Assembly (NCBI GenBank): GCA_951406725.2
Contig: OX597818.1
Location: 129,022,001 to 129,086,000, forward strand
DNA: 64,000 nucleotides
From: Octopus vulgaris
Taxonomy: Eukaryota
Direction of reading: 5' to 3'
Shown here: in pieces, positions 37,690 to 50,059 of the stretch
Position numbering within the stretch: position 1 is the stretch's first letter
Layout of the letters: each line of letters opens with the position of its first letter
Position numbers and translations under genes: made by a program
Notes under the pieces: model-generated
The model's database searches: none
What the model saw: the letters and a program-made list of their open reading frames with translations, nothing else
Told to the model about the DNA's origin: nothing

Positions 37690-40574
37690 CAGTAGTCTCC
37701 TGGTATTCGTGGGGTTTACATTCCTAGAGCACCCACAAATAGTGAAAAGCACAAATATTGGACATGGTCCATAAAAATGTCTATAAATGTCAAAATATAA
37801 CGTAATATATATATATATATATGATAAATTTGATATAAAAATAAAGTAAAATGTATGGTTACTCACCAATAATGAATGATATTGATTTAAGATGATGATG
37901 ATGATGATGAAAATAATGAAGGTAATGACTACATGGCAAAGGAGATTCAAAGCTCTTCAGGTGACACCTCTTCTTCAGGTGTTTTAGGGGTTGTCATATC
38001 TTTGTGCAAAGCTTTCTTGGTGGGTTTGAGGGGAAATGTGTTGGGAAGTTGTTGTCGTTTCTTCATGGTTGTTAGGAGAGTTTTGTATGTCTGCATGGCA
38101 CCACCAGTGGTATTTGGAGAGGCCGAATGATATAGGGATCCCATACTTTTGCCTTTCCTTGCAATTCCTTTGCTGTCCTTAAAAGGTTGGACAGATGTTC
38201 AATAGTCAGGCCCACCTCATCCTCCTCCTCTTCTTCTGGATCTGGTGCTTCCTCCTCCTCTTTGCTGACAGACTTAGTTAACTCCAACAAATCTTCATCT
38301 GTCAGGGTTTCAGAGTGGGCATCGATGAGGTCGTTGACCTCATCTTGTGTGATGTTGTCAAAGCATTTGCCACCAAGTACCTTTGCCAGTTTCACCTCAT
38401 TGTTGACAGCTTTGTGTTGAATATCTTCAGATGAGAAGCCCTTATAGTTCTGGACACACACTGGTCACACCTTCTTCCAGCATACAATTAGGGATTTTTA
38501 CTTCATGTCTTTAAGAGCAGTGTGGAAGACCAACAGGCACATTGCGATCATGAAGTTATGACAGTATTCCTTTAACCTGAAATTCTCATCTGAATCCATT
38601 GCACCCACAAGGTGTTGGAGAGAGTTCTGAGTGTAAAGTGCCTTGAAGGCATGTATCACACCTTGATCCATAGGGTGGATGAGGGAGGTGGTGTTGGCAG
38701 GGAAGAACTTGACTTGGACTCCATCATGATTCAAATCCAAAGAGTGACCACCAGCATTATCTATAACAAGTAACACCTTGAATTCCATGCACATATTTTG
38801 GAGGTATTCCTTGGCTTGAGGGATGAAGCATTGGTGGAACCAATTCAAAGTTAGACTTTTGGTAATTCAGGCCTTGGGGTTGTGCATCCAGTGGATAGGC
38901 AGAAGGTTTTTATTCTTACTTTTGAAGGTGCACGGGTTCACAGGCTTGTAGATAAGTCCTGGTTTCATCATGAAGCCAGCAGCAATGCTACACATAATTA
39001 CAATTTCCGCTCTTTCTTGTGAATGATGTTATCACTCAAGGGGATGTTTTTCTTCTTGCAGTCACTGATCCACAATGCCAAGGCAAATTCCATCCTGACC
39101 AAGTGTTTATTTCTTATTGTCACTATCTCTTTGGCACTTTCACAGAAACTTACTGCTACAGTGGTCGTGACTGCTATCTCATTATGTAATTACATAATTA
39201 CACATAATTGCTCTGTCCTTCTGTACCTCAAATCCTGGGGCTCTGGCTTCGTCCTTCATGATGTACCTTCTGGAAGGCATCTTCTTCCAGAACAATCCAG
39301 TCTCGTCCATATTGAAAACCTGCTCCAGCTTGTACCTCTTGTCCTTAAGGATCTGTCTGAAGGTGTCAAGGTACTTCATGGCAGCTTCTTTGTTGCCTGA
39401 TGTTGTTTCTCCATGCAGCGAAACATATTTTATTTTAAACCGTTTCTGGAAACAGTGAAACCAACCCTTGCTGGCTTGAAAATCTTTGGGCTCCGGTGCT
39501 GTCAATGGTTTTGATTGCAGTTCTTTGATGCCTTCTGCTCTGTCTCCTCCATCGAACTGCTGGTATAATTTCTGCTCTTTCTTGTGAATGATGTTACCAC
39601 TCAAGGGGATGTTTTTCCTCTTGCAGTCACTGATCCACAATGCCAAAGCAAATTCCATCCTGACCAAGTGTTTATTTCTCACTGTCATTATCATTTTGGC
39701 ACTTTCACAGAAACTTACTGCTACAGTAGTCCTGATTGCTATCTCATTCTTCTTTATGTAGTGCATGGTGCATTTGTTGATACCATAACAGCAACCTACT
39801 GCATCATAACTTTTACCTTCCTGGAGCATATCCAGCAATTGTACCTTCTCATGGAGCGTCACAACCTTTTTCAGGCACTTAGGTTCACTGCCAGAAGCTT
39901 TAGGTGTAGGGCGTTTGGGTGGCATCTTAGGGCTTTAATAACATGATGCGAAAAACACAACATTCAATAAAATACTGGACACAGTTTATCCCCACAAAAA
40001 ATGTACCAAAAAAATCTTCCTTGTGTCTAATATGCGCATACCACAAATAGGAGATTGAGCAGGGATTAAAAATAATCATGGTTTTGAAATATTTAGTTTG
40101 TATTACCACTAGATACAGTAATCTATGCTATAATAATAATAAGAGAGAGAGAGAAAGTGTGTGTGTTTGTGTGTGTGTGTTTATGTGTGTGTGTTTGTGT
40201 GTGTGTGAAATATACATAGATATTGTTATACTAATTAGCAAGCTTTGATTGAAAGCAGGAATAAGAGATACAAGATGCAAGATACAATGTACTTGTATCT
40301 AAAATAATCAAGCTACGTGATATAGGACTATTATAATCAGCGGGGGCTTCAACTGTGAAGGGGCGTCCAATAAACCAGCAAATACAGTATATCGTTATTA
40401 ATAATTTAGCCTTAAAATGCGTGAAAAAATATATATTGCCACGAATAATGTCATAAAAAATTGTGGATGATATTTATGATTCTGTGAATATGCAGTGGTT
40501 TCTCTGAACAATCATTCGTTCTGCAAATAACTGGGACTGTGAATGCCGAACCGCAAATAAGTTGGGGTACACTG
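37690..40574 (-). mobile_element. Tigger/pogo DNA transposon, near full length
   Basis: Imperfect TIRs CAGTAGTCTCCTGGTATTCGTGG / CCGCAAATAAGTTGGGGTACACTG; encloses a CENP-B-like transposase. Confidence 0.85.
37950..39925 (-). pseudogene. Tigger/pogo (CENP-B-like HTH + DDE_1) transposase, disrupted
   Basis: Motifs TLHEKVQLL, FQASKGWF..FQKR, QVFNMDETGLFWKKMPSR, LLVIDNAGGH, FFPANTTSLIHPMDQGVI; broken by stops, frameshifts and an internal duplication. Confidence 0.92.
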
Positions 40575-40598
40575 CATATAAATATTATTTAATAATCA

Positions 40599-40766
40599 CA
40601 ATATACATTTTTATGAACTACTAATAGTAGTACTAATCTCAGATAGCATTTTTAACACATCTGATACCTTTGAATATTGCATGAAAGCACCAGGCATGTT
40701 AGAAAATACTGTCTGAGATGTTTTCCTCACACAAAACTATTAGTAGCTCATAAAAATATATATTGC
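40599..40766. repeat. Degenerate fold-back inverted repeat
   Basis: caatatacatttttatgaactactaatagt / actattagtagctcataaaaatatatattg, plus an inner atctcagatagcatttttaaca / tgttagaaaatactgtctgagat. Confidence 0.65.
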
Positions 40767-40929
40767 ATTTACTAAAGATTATGGGAGAATCCCAAACACC
40801 GCCATGTAACTGAAGGTAGACTAACCAATTACAATAAATAAGAACCAAGTGAACTGTCAGTTCACTTGGTTGATGGTGTTAGTTCAACTGTGTTAGTTTA
40901 TTCTGTTAGTTCAACGTGTGTTGGTTTAA

Positions 40930-41150
40930 TCCTTTCGTTACTGTATTTATTTTGAGATGTTCAGTGTTTCTTTCAATTAATTTAAATATAACAAAGAATT
41001 TAGTAAAATAACTTAGTTATCATTAAGCTAGTGTTAGGAACATAAATTGTGACTAAGGTTTGGTGGAAGATTTGAATTCAAAACTTATGAAAACAAGACA
41101 TTTGTACTACAGAGCCAGAGCCGGTTTCAGCCGGGTTGGTAACGAAAGGG
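40930..41150. mobile_element. piggyBac-type MITE (221 bp)
   Basis: TTAA on both sides; TIR (C/T)CCTTTCGTTAC / GTAACGAAAGGG. Confidence 0.85.
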
Positions 41151-41467
41151 TTAACAGTCAGTAGTTGAACAGTGAATATTGAGTATCGTATCTATGTTCA
41201 AGTAGTATGGTGTGCATTCTGTGTTAACATAAATTTCTGTGTTAGGTTGTTTTTAGATAACCACAACCAATTATTTATTTGTGTAATACCATTTTACACC
41301 AGATGTGTATACCCACATCATAACATTAAATAATATTTATCTGTCACCAGATGGCATATTTTTTTGTTGATCTTACCATCATGGAACAGTACACTATATA
41401 TATTTATCTCTCACCAGATGGAGTATTTTCCATTTATTTTTTTATCACAGAAAAGTACATTACATAT

Positions 41468-41616
41468 AGGAGTGACTGTGTGGTGAGCAGCTTGCTTACC
41501 AACAACATGGTTCCAGGTTCAGTCCCACTGCATGGCAAGTGTTTTCTACTATAGCCTCAGGCTGACCAAAGCCTTGTGAGTGGATTTGGTAGATGGAAAC
41601 TGAAAGAAGCCTATCG

Positions 41617-41649
<33 letters not shown>

Positions 41650-41735
41650 ATGATTGTGTGTCTGTGTTTGCTCCACCACCATTGCTTGACAACCGAAAAA
41701 GAGTACACTCAATACAAGTGAAAGAGTGAGTAAAA
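41468..41735 (+). mobile_element. SINE family A, internally deleted
   Basis: Family A match. Confidence 0.8.
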
Positions 41736-41894
41736 TTTAAAAACAAAATAATTTATTAAAAACTATGTTTTGGCCAAGAAAAGTTACCAGATGGATTCAT
41801 ATGAGGTCAGACTTTTCTGAACTGAAAATATACATACGTACGTAGGTATGTATATATGTATGTTTGTATATAAATGTATGTATGTTTATATACT

Positions 41895-42314
41895 CATTAC
41901 TCTCTTTACTCATTTACTTGTTTCAGTCATTTGACTGTGGCCATGCTGGAGCATTACCTTTAGTCGAGCAAATCGACCCCAGGACTTATTCTTTGTAAGC
42001 CTAGTACTTATTCTATCGGTCTCTTTTGCCGAAGCACTAAGTTATGGGGATGTAAACACACCAACATCGGTTGTCAAGCAATGTTGGGGGGACAAACACA
42101 GACACACAAACATATACACACACACATACATGCACACACACACACATATATATGACGGGCTTCTTTCAGTTTCCATCTACCAAATCCACTCACAAGGCTT
42201 TGGTTGGCCTGAGGCTATAGTAGAAGACACTTGCCCAAGGTGCCACGCAGTGGGACTGAACCCCAGAACCATGTGGTTGGTAAGCAAGCTACTTACCACA
42301 CAGCCACTCCTGCG

Positions 42315-42315
<1 letters not shown>
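41895..42315 (-). mobile_element. SINE family A, full length
   Basis: Family A match. Confidence 0.9.
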
Positions 42316-42373
<58 letters not shown>

Positions 42374-43173
42374 ATATATACATATATACATATATGTATG
42401 TATGAATGCATATACGTATCCATGTATGGATAGATCTATCCATCTGCTTGTCTCTATTTCTAGATACAAATATACGTCTTTCTCTTTGTCTATCTGTCTG
42501 TCTACCTGTCTGCCTTTCTTCTCCCTCTCTGTGCACGTGTACACACACACACACACACATACACATACACGTGTATATATGCATATATACACACATGTAT
42601 ATATCCTCACAATCTCTCACACACAAACTATATTTATGCACTTCAGTTTCTATTATATGGCCATGAGTAATATGTATATCTTTGTATACATTTCCTTATA
42701 CTTACTTCCATAATCTACCGCCCACTTTTCTTTCTTATTTTGTTATAGAAATCTGTGTATGTGAAGAAGAGAAAGAGAAAAAGACAGAAAGAGAGAGAGA
42801 ACACAAGATATGTAGTGGAGTATAGGACGGTACATGTATATTAATAAATGATTTCAGAATCCAGTGGAGTGTGCCAGGAAATTTATGTATAAGTCAACAT
42901 TGAAGATATTAATGTATTTGGTGATAGCACAAAGACCATACATAGAGGAAAGCACAAAGATAAATCTCAAAGCAAAATGTTGTTTGTCTGGCTCCTACAG
43001 TATTTGTGTTTGCCTAAATCAAAAGTAAAGTTTGGAATAGATATTGTACAAATGGCATTATGGAATTATTGGGTTTCTCTCCTCAGGCTAAGAATGAGTA
43101 TAAGAGTAAATACCGATATTAAATACACACACACACACACACAGAGGCACACACATACACATACAAACATACA

Positions 43174-43205
<32 letters not shown>

Positions 43206-43404
43206 CACATACATATGATATCATTGTTCAACGTCTGCTCTCCATACTGGCATGGGTGGGATGGCTTGACAGGAGCCAGCCAGGAAGAAGCCTGCAACAG
43301 ACTTCTGTGAATGTTTTGGCAAGATTTCTACGACTGGATGCCCTTCGTAACACCAACCACTCAGTAGGGTGGACTTATATATATATACATATATATACAC
43401 AGAC

Positions 43405-43471
<67 letters not shown>

Positions 43472-43603
43472 TATATATGTACATGCATATATATACACAC
43501 ACATACATATATATGCATATAAATATACACACACACACACATATATATATACATACATATATATATGTATATATGTATATATATTTATATATATATATAT
43601 ATT

Positions 43604-43931
43604 ATATTAAATTAGAGATAAAACCACTATTAGGCAAATCAAACAATGAAAAACTTAAGCCAATACATAAAATTAATTAATTTATATTATTTTAAATATA
43701 TATCAAAAGTATTAAAAGTTTAATAAAAGATAATACTTTTAATACTTTTGATATATATTTAAAATAATATAAATTAATTAATTTTATGTATTGGCTTAAG
43801 TTTTTCATTGTTTGATTTGCCTAATAGTGGTTTTATCTCTAATTTAATATAATATAATATTTTACTATAAAATTGGATTCAATCCTAAATCTGATCTTTC
43901 CCTGTAAGTTTGGATTTATTCCCTAATATTT

Positions 43932-43936
<5 letters not shown>
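43604..43936 (+). mobile_element. AT-rich fold-back Penelope-like fragment in (TA)n
   Basis: About 43604-43716 is the reverse complement of about 43739-43850; related fragments at 6235-6320 and 14710-14785. Confidence 0.65.
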
Positions 43937-43974
<38 letters not shown>

Positions 43975-44130
43975 CGTATTTTTGCCATTTCAATATGGCT
44001 AACCCTAGGGTGGATGCTACTGTAGTTTTTAGCCCCAGGTGGACACACTCTCCAGCTGGCCATAGACACACTATCTGTGTCCTGTCAGTATTTGCAAGGA
44101 AGTCATCCTTCCCGTCTTCAACTTATGATA

Positions 44131-44173
44131 CACACGGACTCGAGTTTCAAGGTATTGACCTCGTCAGCGTGTG
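44131..44173 (-). ncRNA. Hammerhead motif, antisense copy, stem II damaged
   Basis: Minus strand CACACG-CTGACGA-GGTcaatACC-TT-GAAAC-TCGA-GTC-CGTGTG; 2-nt loss relative to the sense copies. Confidence 0.65.
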
Positions 44174-44278
44174 ACAATCATAGTTGTCGCCGAGAATTAG
44201 ATTTCCTTCACAAATACTTATACTTTTTCCAGCGTCCACTGTCGCTGATATCTAATTCTCGGCGACAACTATGATTGT

Positions 44279-44323
44279 CACACACTGACGAGAGGTCAAT
44301 ACCTCGAAACTCGAGTCCGTGTG
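44279..44323 (+). ncRNA. Type I hammerhead ribozyme, copy 1 (predicted cleavage after 44317)
   Basis: CACACA-CTGACGA-GAGGT caat ACCTC-GAAAC-TCGA-GTC-CGTGTG; core intact; stem I closing pair is an A.C mismatch. Confidence 0.85.
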
Positions 44324-44630
44324 TATCATAAGTTGAAGACGGGAAGGATGACTTCCCTTTGCAAATACTGACAGGACACAGATAGTGTGTTATGGCCAGC
44401 TGGAGGAGTGTGTCCTCCTGGGGCTAAAAACTACAGTAGCATCCACCCTTAGGGGTTAGCCATATTGAAATGGCAAAAATACGTCACGATGTGTTACCGC
44501 TACTGTATATAACTCACTTTGATATTTATCATTGTTTGATTTCACTTTTTCAATATCAGCGACAGTGGACGCTGGAAAAAGTATAAGTATTTGTGAAGGA
44601 AATCTAATTCTCGGCGACAACTATGATTGT

Positions 44631-44675
44631 CACATGCTGACGAGAGGTCAATACCTCGAAACTCGAGTCCGTGTG
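44631..44675 (+). ncRNA. Type I hammerhead ribozyme, copy 2 (predicted cleavage after 44669)
   Basis: CACATG-CTGACGA-GAGGT caat ACCTC-GAAAC-TCGA-GTC-CGTGTG; all core residues and stems intact; palindromic stem III loop. Confidence 0.9.
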
Positions 44676-44883
44676 TATCATAAGTTGAAGACGGGAAGGA
44701 TGACTTCCCTTTGCAAATACTGACAGGACACAGATAGTGTGTCTATGGCCAGCTGGAGGAGTGTGTCCTCCTGGGGCTAAAAACTACAGTAGCATCCACC
44801 CTTAGGGGTTAGCCATATTGAAATGGCAAAAATACGTCACGATGTGTTACCGCTACTGTATATAACTCACTTTGATATTTATC

Positions 44884-44926
<43 letters not shown>

Positions 44927-45021
44927 CGGGAAGCTTTATGAAAATAAACAAAAGACAAAGGCAGGTGGAGTACAAACAAACAATTGTATTAGTATGGCGC
45001 TCAGGAATATAAATAAAACAA

Positions 45022-45060
45022 GTCTTTTACGTTTTGAGCCTACGCTCTTCAACAGAAAGA
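45022..45060 (-). ncRNA. Degenerate minimal hammerhead-like motif
   Basis: Minus strand TCTTT-CTGTTGA-A-GAGC gtag GCTC-AAAAC-GTA-AAAGA; two core deviations. Confidence 0.35.
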
Positions 45061-45355
45061 TACACAGAAAAGAAACACGGAGAGAAACAAGGAGAGAAAA
45101 GAAAATGCATGCAGAAGCTAGCGATTCAACATGGCGAACTATATATAAGAGGTAATGGTGACATTGAGACCCAAAGGTGTCAGGTAATGCAGAATAAGTG
45201 CTATAGACAGACCATAGTTAAGTTCCAGGTTCAGTAATTTTGCAAATAAGGGGTTCAACTTTGGTTCTATGTCAGTGTGTATATATAAGAAGTTTTTGCA
45301 TAATGAGATAAAAAAAACCAATGCTGTGTAGATATTAGAACATTTATAGATAAAA

Positions 45356-45410
45356 GGTCTTACAGCTGTTTCTAGGATACTTATTAATTATATCCATTCA
45401 TCAGAGATGG
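45356..45410 (-). ncRNA. Minimal hammerhead motif
   Basis: Minus strand TCT-CTGATGA-at GGATAT..GTATCC ta-GAAAC-AGCT-GTA-AGA; core intact, palindromic AGCT loop, weak stem I and mismatched base of stem II. Confidence 0.6.
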
Positions 45411-45883
45411 TGTGAGAGGATGGTTAAGTCATAGTTAGTTTAGATGTCATACAAAATAGAGAGTGAGGTGGAGGAAAAAAAATAGATGCAAGACATGTAT
45501 GGGTATTGAAGTTGTAGATCCCTTTTTTAGGCATAATGGTATATATGTAAGATTAAAATACCTTATGAGTGAAGTTCAACAGAGTTTAAAATGGGTCCTT
45601 CCAAATATAGAGTTTATACACAATGTAAGAGTAAACACCATTATTAAATACACACACACATACACATGCACACATATACACATACATACATACAACATCA
45701 GCCAGATAGATTCGTTATTTTTTTCTCTTTACCTGTGTGAGTTGTTGAGTATTGCTGTCTGGGAGATACCCTAGAGTAATAGAGTAGTAGTTTAACTGCT
45801 ATTTCTAAATTTCGGTATGTGGTGAAGCTAATTTTGCTGAACCCTAATTATAATTATACTCATAATTATAGAATTTTTGTGCG

Positions 45884-45923
<40 letters not shown>

Positions 45924-45927
45924 TACA

Positions 45928-45966
<39 letters not shown>

Positions 45967-46092
45967 TTCAGCAAAATTTAGATTCAAATGAATATGCTAC
46001 TTAAGTTAGATGCACCAGAATTTTGTATGGTGTTATCCATATAAATCCATGGGGTGATTATAATAAAAAATAAGCAACAAGAATAACTTCGG

Positions 46093-46184
46093 TAATTTGT
46101 ATGATCGTTTCACACTACATCATTTTATTAAATATTGTAAGTATTACAACAGTTTTAAAATGTTGAGCACTCATCAGCCATTAA
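46093..46184 (-). ncRNA. Degenerate hammerhead motif with long stem II
   Basis: Minus strand TAATGG-CTGATGA-GTGCT..(long hairpin)..AGTGT-GAAAC-GATC-ATA-CAAATTA. Confidence 0.5.
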
Positions 46185-46294
46185 TAGAGAATTTCCATTA
46201 ATACATAATTTGCATATCAATTGAAAACATTATAGAGAAGGTAGATATATAGACAAAGATGTCAATTCAAATTTTAAGAACATTAAGGTAGTAG

Positions 46295-46376
<82 letters not shown>

Positions 46377-46940
46377 ATATATATATTATATATATATATA
46401 TACACAAGAAGACAAGAAAATGGAGATAAGGAAGTTAATAATTTGTTAATAATAAACAATTACTAAGTTCCTTATCTCCATTTTCCTTTCTTTTAAATGG
46501 ATATATACTATAGGCTTTATATACACCTATGGTTTTAAGGGTATTTCATTCTCCCCAAATCACTAGGTATTGAACCAGTATTTCTTTGGATGCAACCATC
46601 CCTTCATGAGATTAACATATCCTCTAATTAAATTCATATATATGTATATATATATATACATATAAGTGAGGAAAAAATGCACTTGTATATCTGTTAATAG
46701 AGTGGGTATATTATCCAAAGTGTACAGTATCATGTATTCATTATGGCTGATCTTACCACTTGGTTTCGAACTGTTATGGAATGAAATATGGTGAGAGCAG
46801 TCACCATATTTCATAACAGTTACCTCTGTTGAGCACAAGGTTACATAATCAGATGGTTACCTAACACTCCATTGAATCCCTAGCATGAAACAGATTGGTA
46901 AGACTGGCTGCAATGGATAAATAATACTGTACACTTTGAA

Positions 46941-47001
<61 letters not shown>

Positions 47002-47027
47002 CTTAATCATATCAAAGGGAAAAGGTG

Positions 47028-47107
47028 TTCCTGCTGAGGATGATTTCACCTAGCGAGTATGTTATTTTACTTGCTAAACTAAAATCAGAAACCAATTGGT
47101 CCAGGAA
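47028..47107 (+). ncRNA. Type I hammerhead ribozyme (predicted cleavage after 47101)
   Basis: TTCCTG-CTGAGGA-TGATTT cacc TAGCGAGTA..TACTTGCTA..AAATCA-GAAAC-C AATT G-GTC-CAGGAA; all stems pair. Confidence 0.85.
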
Positions 47108-47754
47108 ACTAGATGGTAAAATGCTTTTATTTTTTCATTTCGTTCCTGTTGAATTTTATCCCTAATTTTGTGATTATAGAACCTAGCTGTTCTTTCTAGC
47201 ATGTTGAATCCCACAAGTGGATTCCTTATGTGTTTAAATGTACACTGTATTTTATATATATATGTGTGTGTGTGTGTATGTATATATGTATGTATGTATC
47301 TATATCTATCTATCTATCTATCTATCTATATATATATATCTTTAAAGAATTTACTTTACAATTAATATAACTCCATGTTGAGCCTCACTGTGTGGAATCT
47401 TGGGCAAACATCTTTGATAACAGCTTTAGGTTGATCTATATGCATATTTAGGAATTTGAAACAAACATTTCTTAGTCACTTGTGAAATCTAAAGCCCCAG
47501 AGTAAACAATATTCTTGATTTTTGCCCTGTTGTGCTGTGATAAAGGGGAAAACTAGGTCTCAAATATTTGAAGTATTGAGATGAAGCTAATCCTGAAAAA
47601 AAGAGATGGTGGTGGTGGTGGTAGTGAAGAAGATGATAATGGTAGTGGTACAGATGGATGATGATGATGGTAGTGGATGATGATGGATGATGGTGGCAGT
47701 AGTACATTATGATGATGATGATGATGATGATGATGGTAATGAGAGTGATGACAC

Positions 47755-48070
47755 TGTTGCTTAGTGGTTATGGTATTCAGCTCATGATCATAAAGTTGTG
47801 AGTTCGAAAATCTGCGGTGCACTGTGTCCTTGAGCAAGTCACATCATTTCATGTTGCTCCAGTCCACTCAGCTGGCAAAAATGAGTAGTACTTGTAATGA
47901 AAAGGGCCAGCCTTCATACATTCTATGTCACACTGAATCCCCCTGGGAATTATGTTGAGGGTACATGTGTCTGTGGAGTGCTCAGCCACTTTCATGCTAA
48001 TTTTACGAGCAGGCTGTTCTGTTGATCAGATCAATGGGAACACTCGTCATCATAACCAACGAAATACCAG
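47755..48070 (+). mobile_element. SINE (CCTTGAGCAAG central domain + family C-type tail)
   Basis: Diverged reverse complement of 56053-56372. Confidence 0.7.
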
Positions 48071-48710
48071 TCACACTGTTGCTTCAATATTGGGTCCTAT
48101 TTTGGGCTTGGTGGTCTATGCTGTCAGAAACTTAAATATTTTGGTTGCACATACAAAGCTGTTTCATTGTCGAGATGTGAACCATTGATGCCTCTATAAA
48201 TATATTAGAGAAAAATAAAAATAATACTGTTGAGCTGTCGTTTAACAGGAATCCAGAATGAGTCAGATGACTATTATATAATGTGTGTGCATGTCAGTTA
48301 GTGCATGTGTGTGCATTTGCATGTATGTACATGCATCTGTGCACATTGTTCTTGGTGTGATACACCCATACATATGTATGTAATAACTTGCACCGAGACC
48401 CGTCCAATACAAACATACACATTCCAGAAGAACCATAAGTACGTATATGTATGAGCTTGTAAGTAAGGGTTTATCATTATCTGTGTGACTGCATGTATGT
48501 GTTCATGTAAATGCATGTATTCAGGTGTGTGAGCCCATGCACACTGCTCTTGAAATAATGCATCCATATGCATTCTCATTATAGTCATATTCTCACATAC
48601 ACAAATCTGTCATACATACATACATACAAATATATATATATATATATATGTATACAGATATATATATATATATACAGAGATATATATATATATATATATA
48701 TATTATTATG

Positions 48711-48770
<60 letters not shown>

Positions 48771-49030
48771 CACATAATATATATGTATATATATATGTAT
48801 ATATATATATATGTACATATATATGTGTATATATATATATATATGCACACATACACATAAACATATGGATGCTACACACACATATGCACATATGCATATG
48901 CACACAATACTTGTATTGTCATATGCACAAATGAGTGCACATTGTGCACAGGAATATAGACATGACATTGTGCCTGCACACTGTTGATATATATAGAAAC
49001 ACAAGTATATACATTCATAAATATACAGGA

Positions 49031-49061
<31 letters not shown>

Positions 49062-50059
49062 TGTATGTATGTATGTATGTATGTATGTATGTATGTATGT
49101 ATGTATGTATGTATGTATGTATGTATGTATGTATGTATGTATGTATGTATGTATGTATGTATGTGTATGTATGTATGTATGTATGTATGCATGTATGTAT
49201 GTATGTATGTATGTATGTATGTATGTATGTATGTATGTATGTATGTATGTATGTATGTATGTATGTATGCATGTATGTATGTATGTATGTATGTATGTAT
49301 GTATGTATGTATGTATGTATGTATGTATGTATGTATGTATGTATGTATGCATGTATGTATGTATGTATGTATGTATGTATGTATGTATGTATGCATGTAT
49401 GTATTTATGTATGTATGTATGTATGCATGTACACACATACATACACACAGAGAAAGAGAGTTGGTAGATTCACTCATAAGAGAAACTTGCATCAGTGTTG
49501 AAACAAATGCATGCACACATGCACATCACACACGTGCATTTGTATGCACATATATACATGCATAAACAATGAACAGCATATTGTTAAATTCTAGCACAAT
49601 AATAATTTCATTGTACTGCACTCTGCACTTGAATGCATACATGCATGCATGTGTGCACACATGTGATCTACTGTCCATGTGCATGCATGCACCATTGCAT
49701 ATTGGTCCATGCAATCTAAAATGAAGTGCAGTGACAAAAATGCACAGCCTGCCATATGTGCACATATATAGAATCGGATATAGTCATTCCCGTATATGAA
49801 GAAATCTACATTCACATTTGCACTTTACATGCATATCCACATACATGCCAATTTTATGCATATGCACATGTACTATTAGTCATCATATATACACAGAGTT
49901 AGAAACACTTAAACACAGAAATTCTTGAATGCACATAAATGTATGTTGATGTACATATATAAGTATATATTTATCAAAATGTTAGTTTGTTTTAATATAT
50001 ACTAGCAGTAACATGCTATCTTAAAGATAGCATTTACCAGTGATATGTGTTGAAGGCCC

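Larger units (their letters stand above)
43971..44886 (+). mobile_element. Hammerhead-bearing element: inverted partial copy + tandem 352/353-bp units (Penelope pLTR / non-LTR retrozyme architecture)
   Basis: 43971-44250 is an inverted copy, 44251-44533 a 5'-truncated direct copy and 44534-44886 the complete unit; (TA)n on both sides. Confidence 0.88.

Noticed and set aside
45139-45321. GIY-YIG endonuclease C-terminus (EPKLN)
   Set aside because: Only a five-residue resemblance, and it lies downstream of the hammerhead; no RT or GIY-YIG motifs are visible anywhere in the window, so no autonomous Penelope element is called.
50003-50040. Isolated Helitron-like 3' end (hairpin + CTAG on the minus strand)
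   Set aside because: No matching 5' TC end or second copy is visible.
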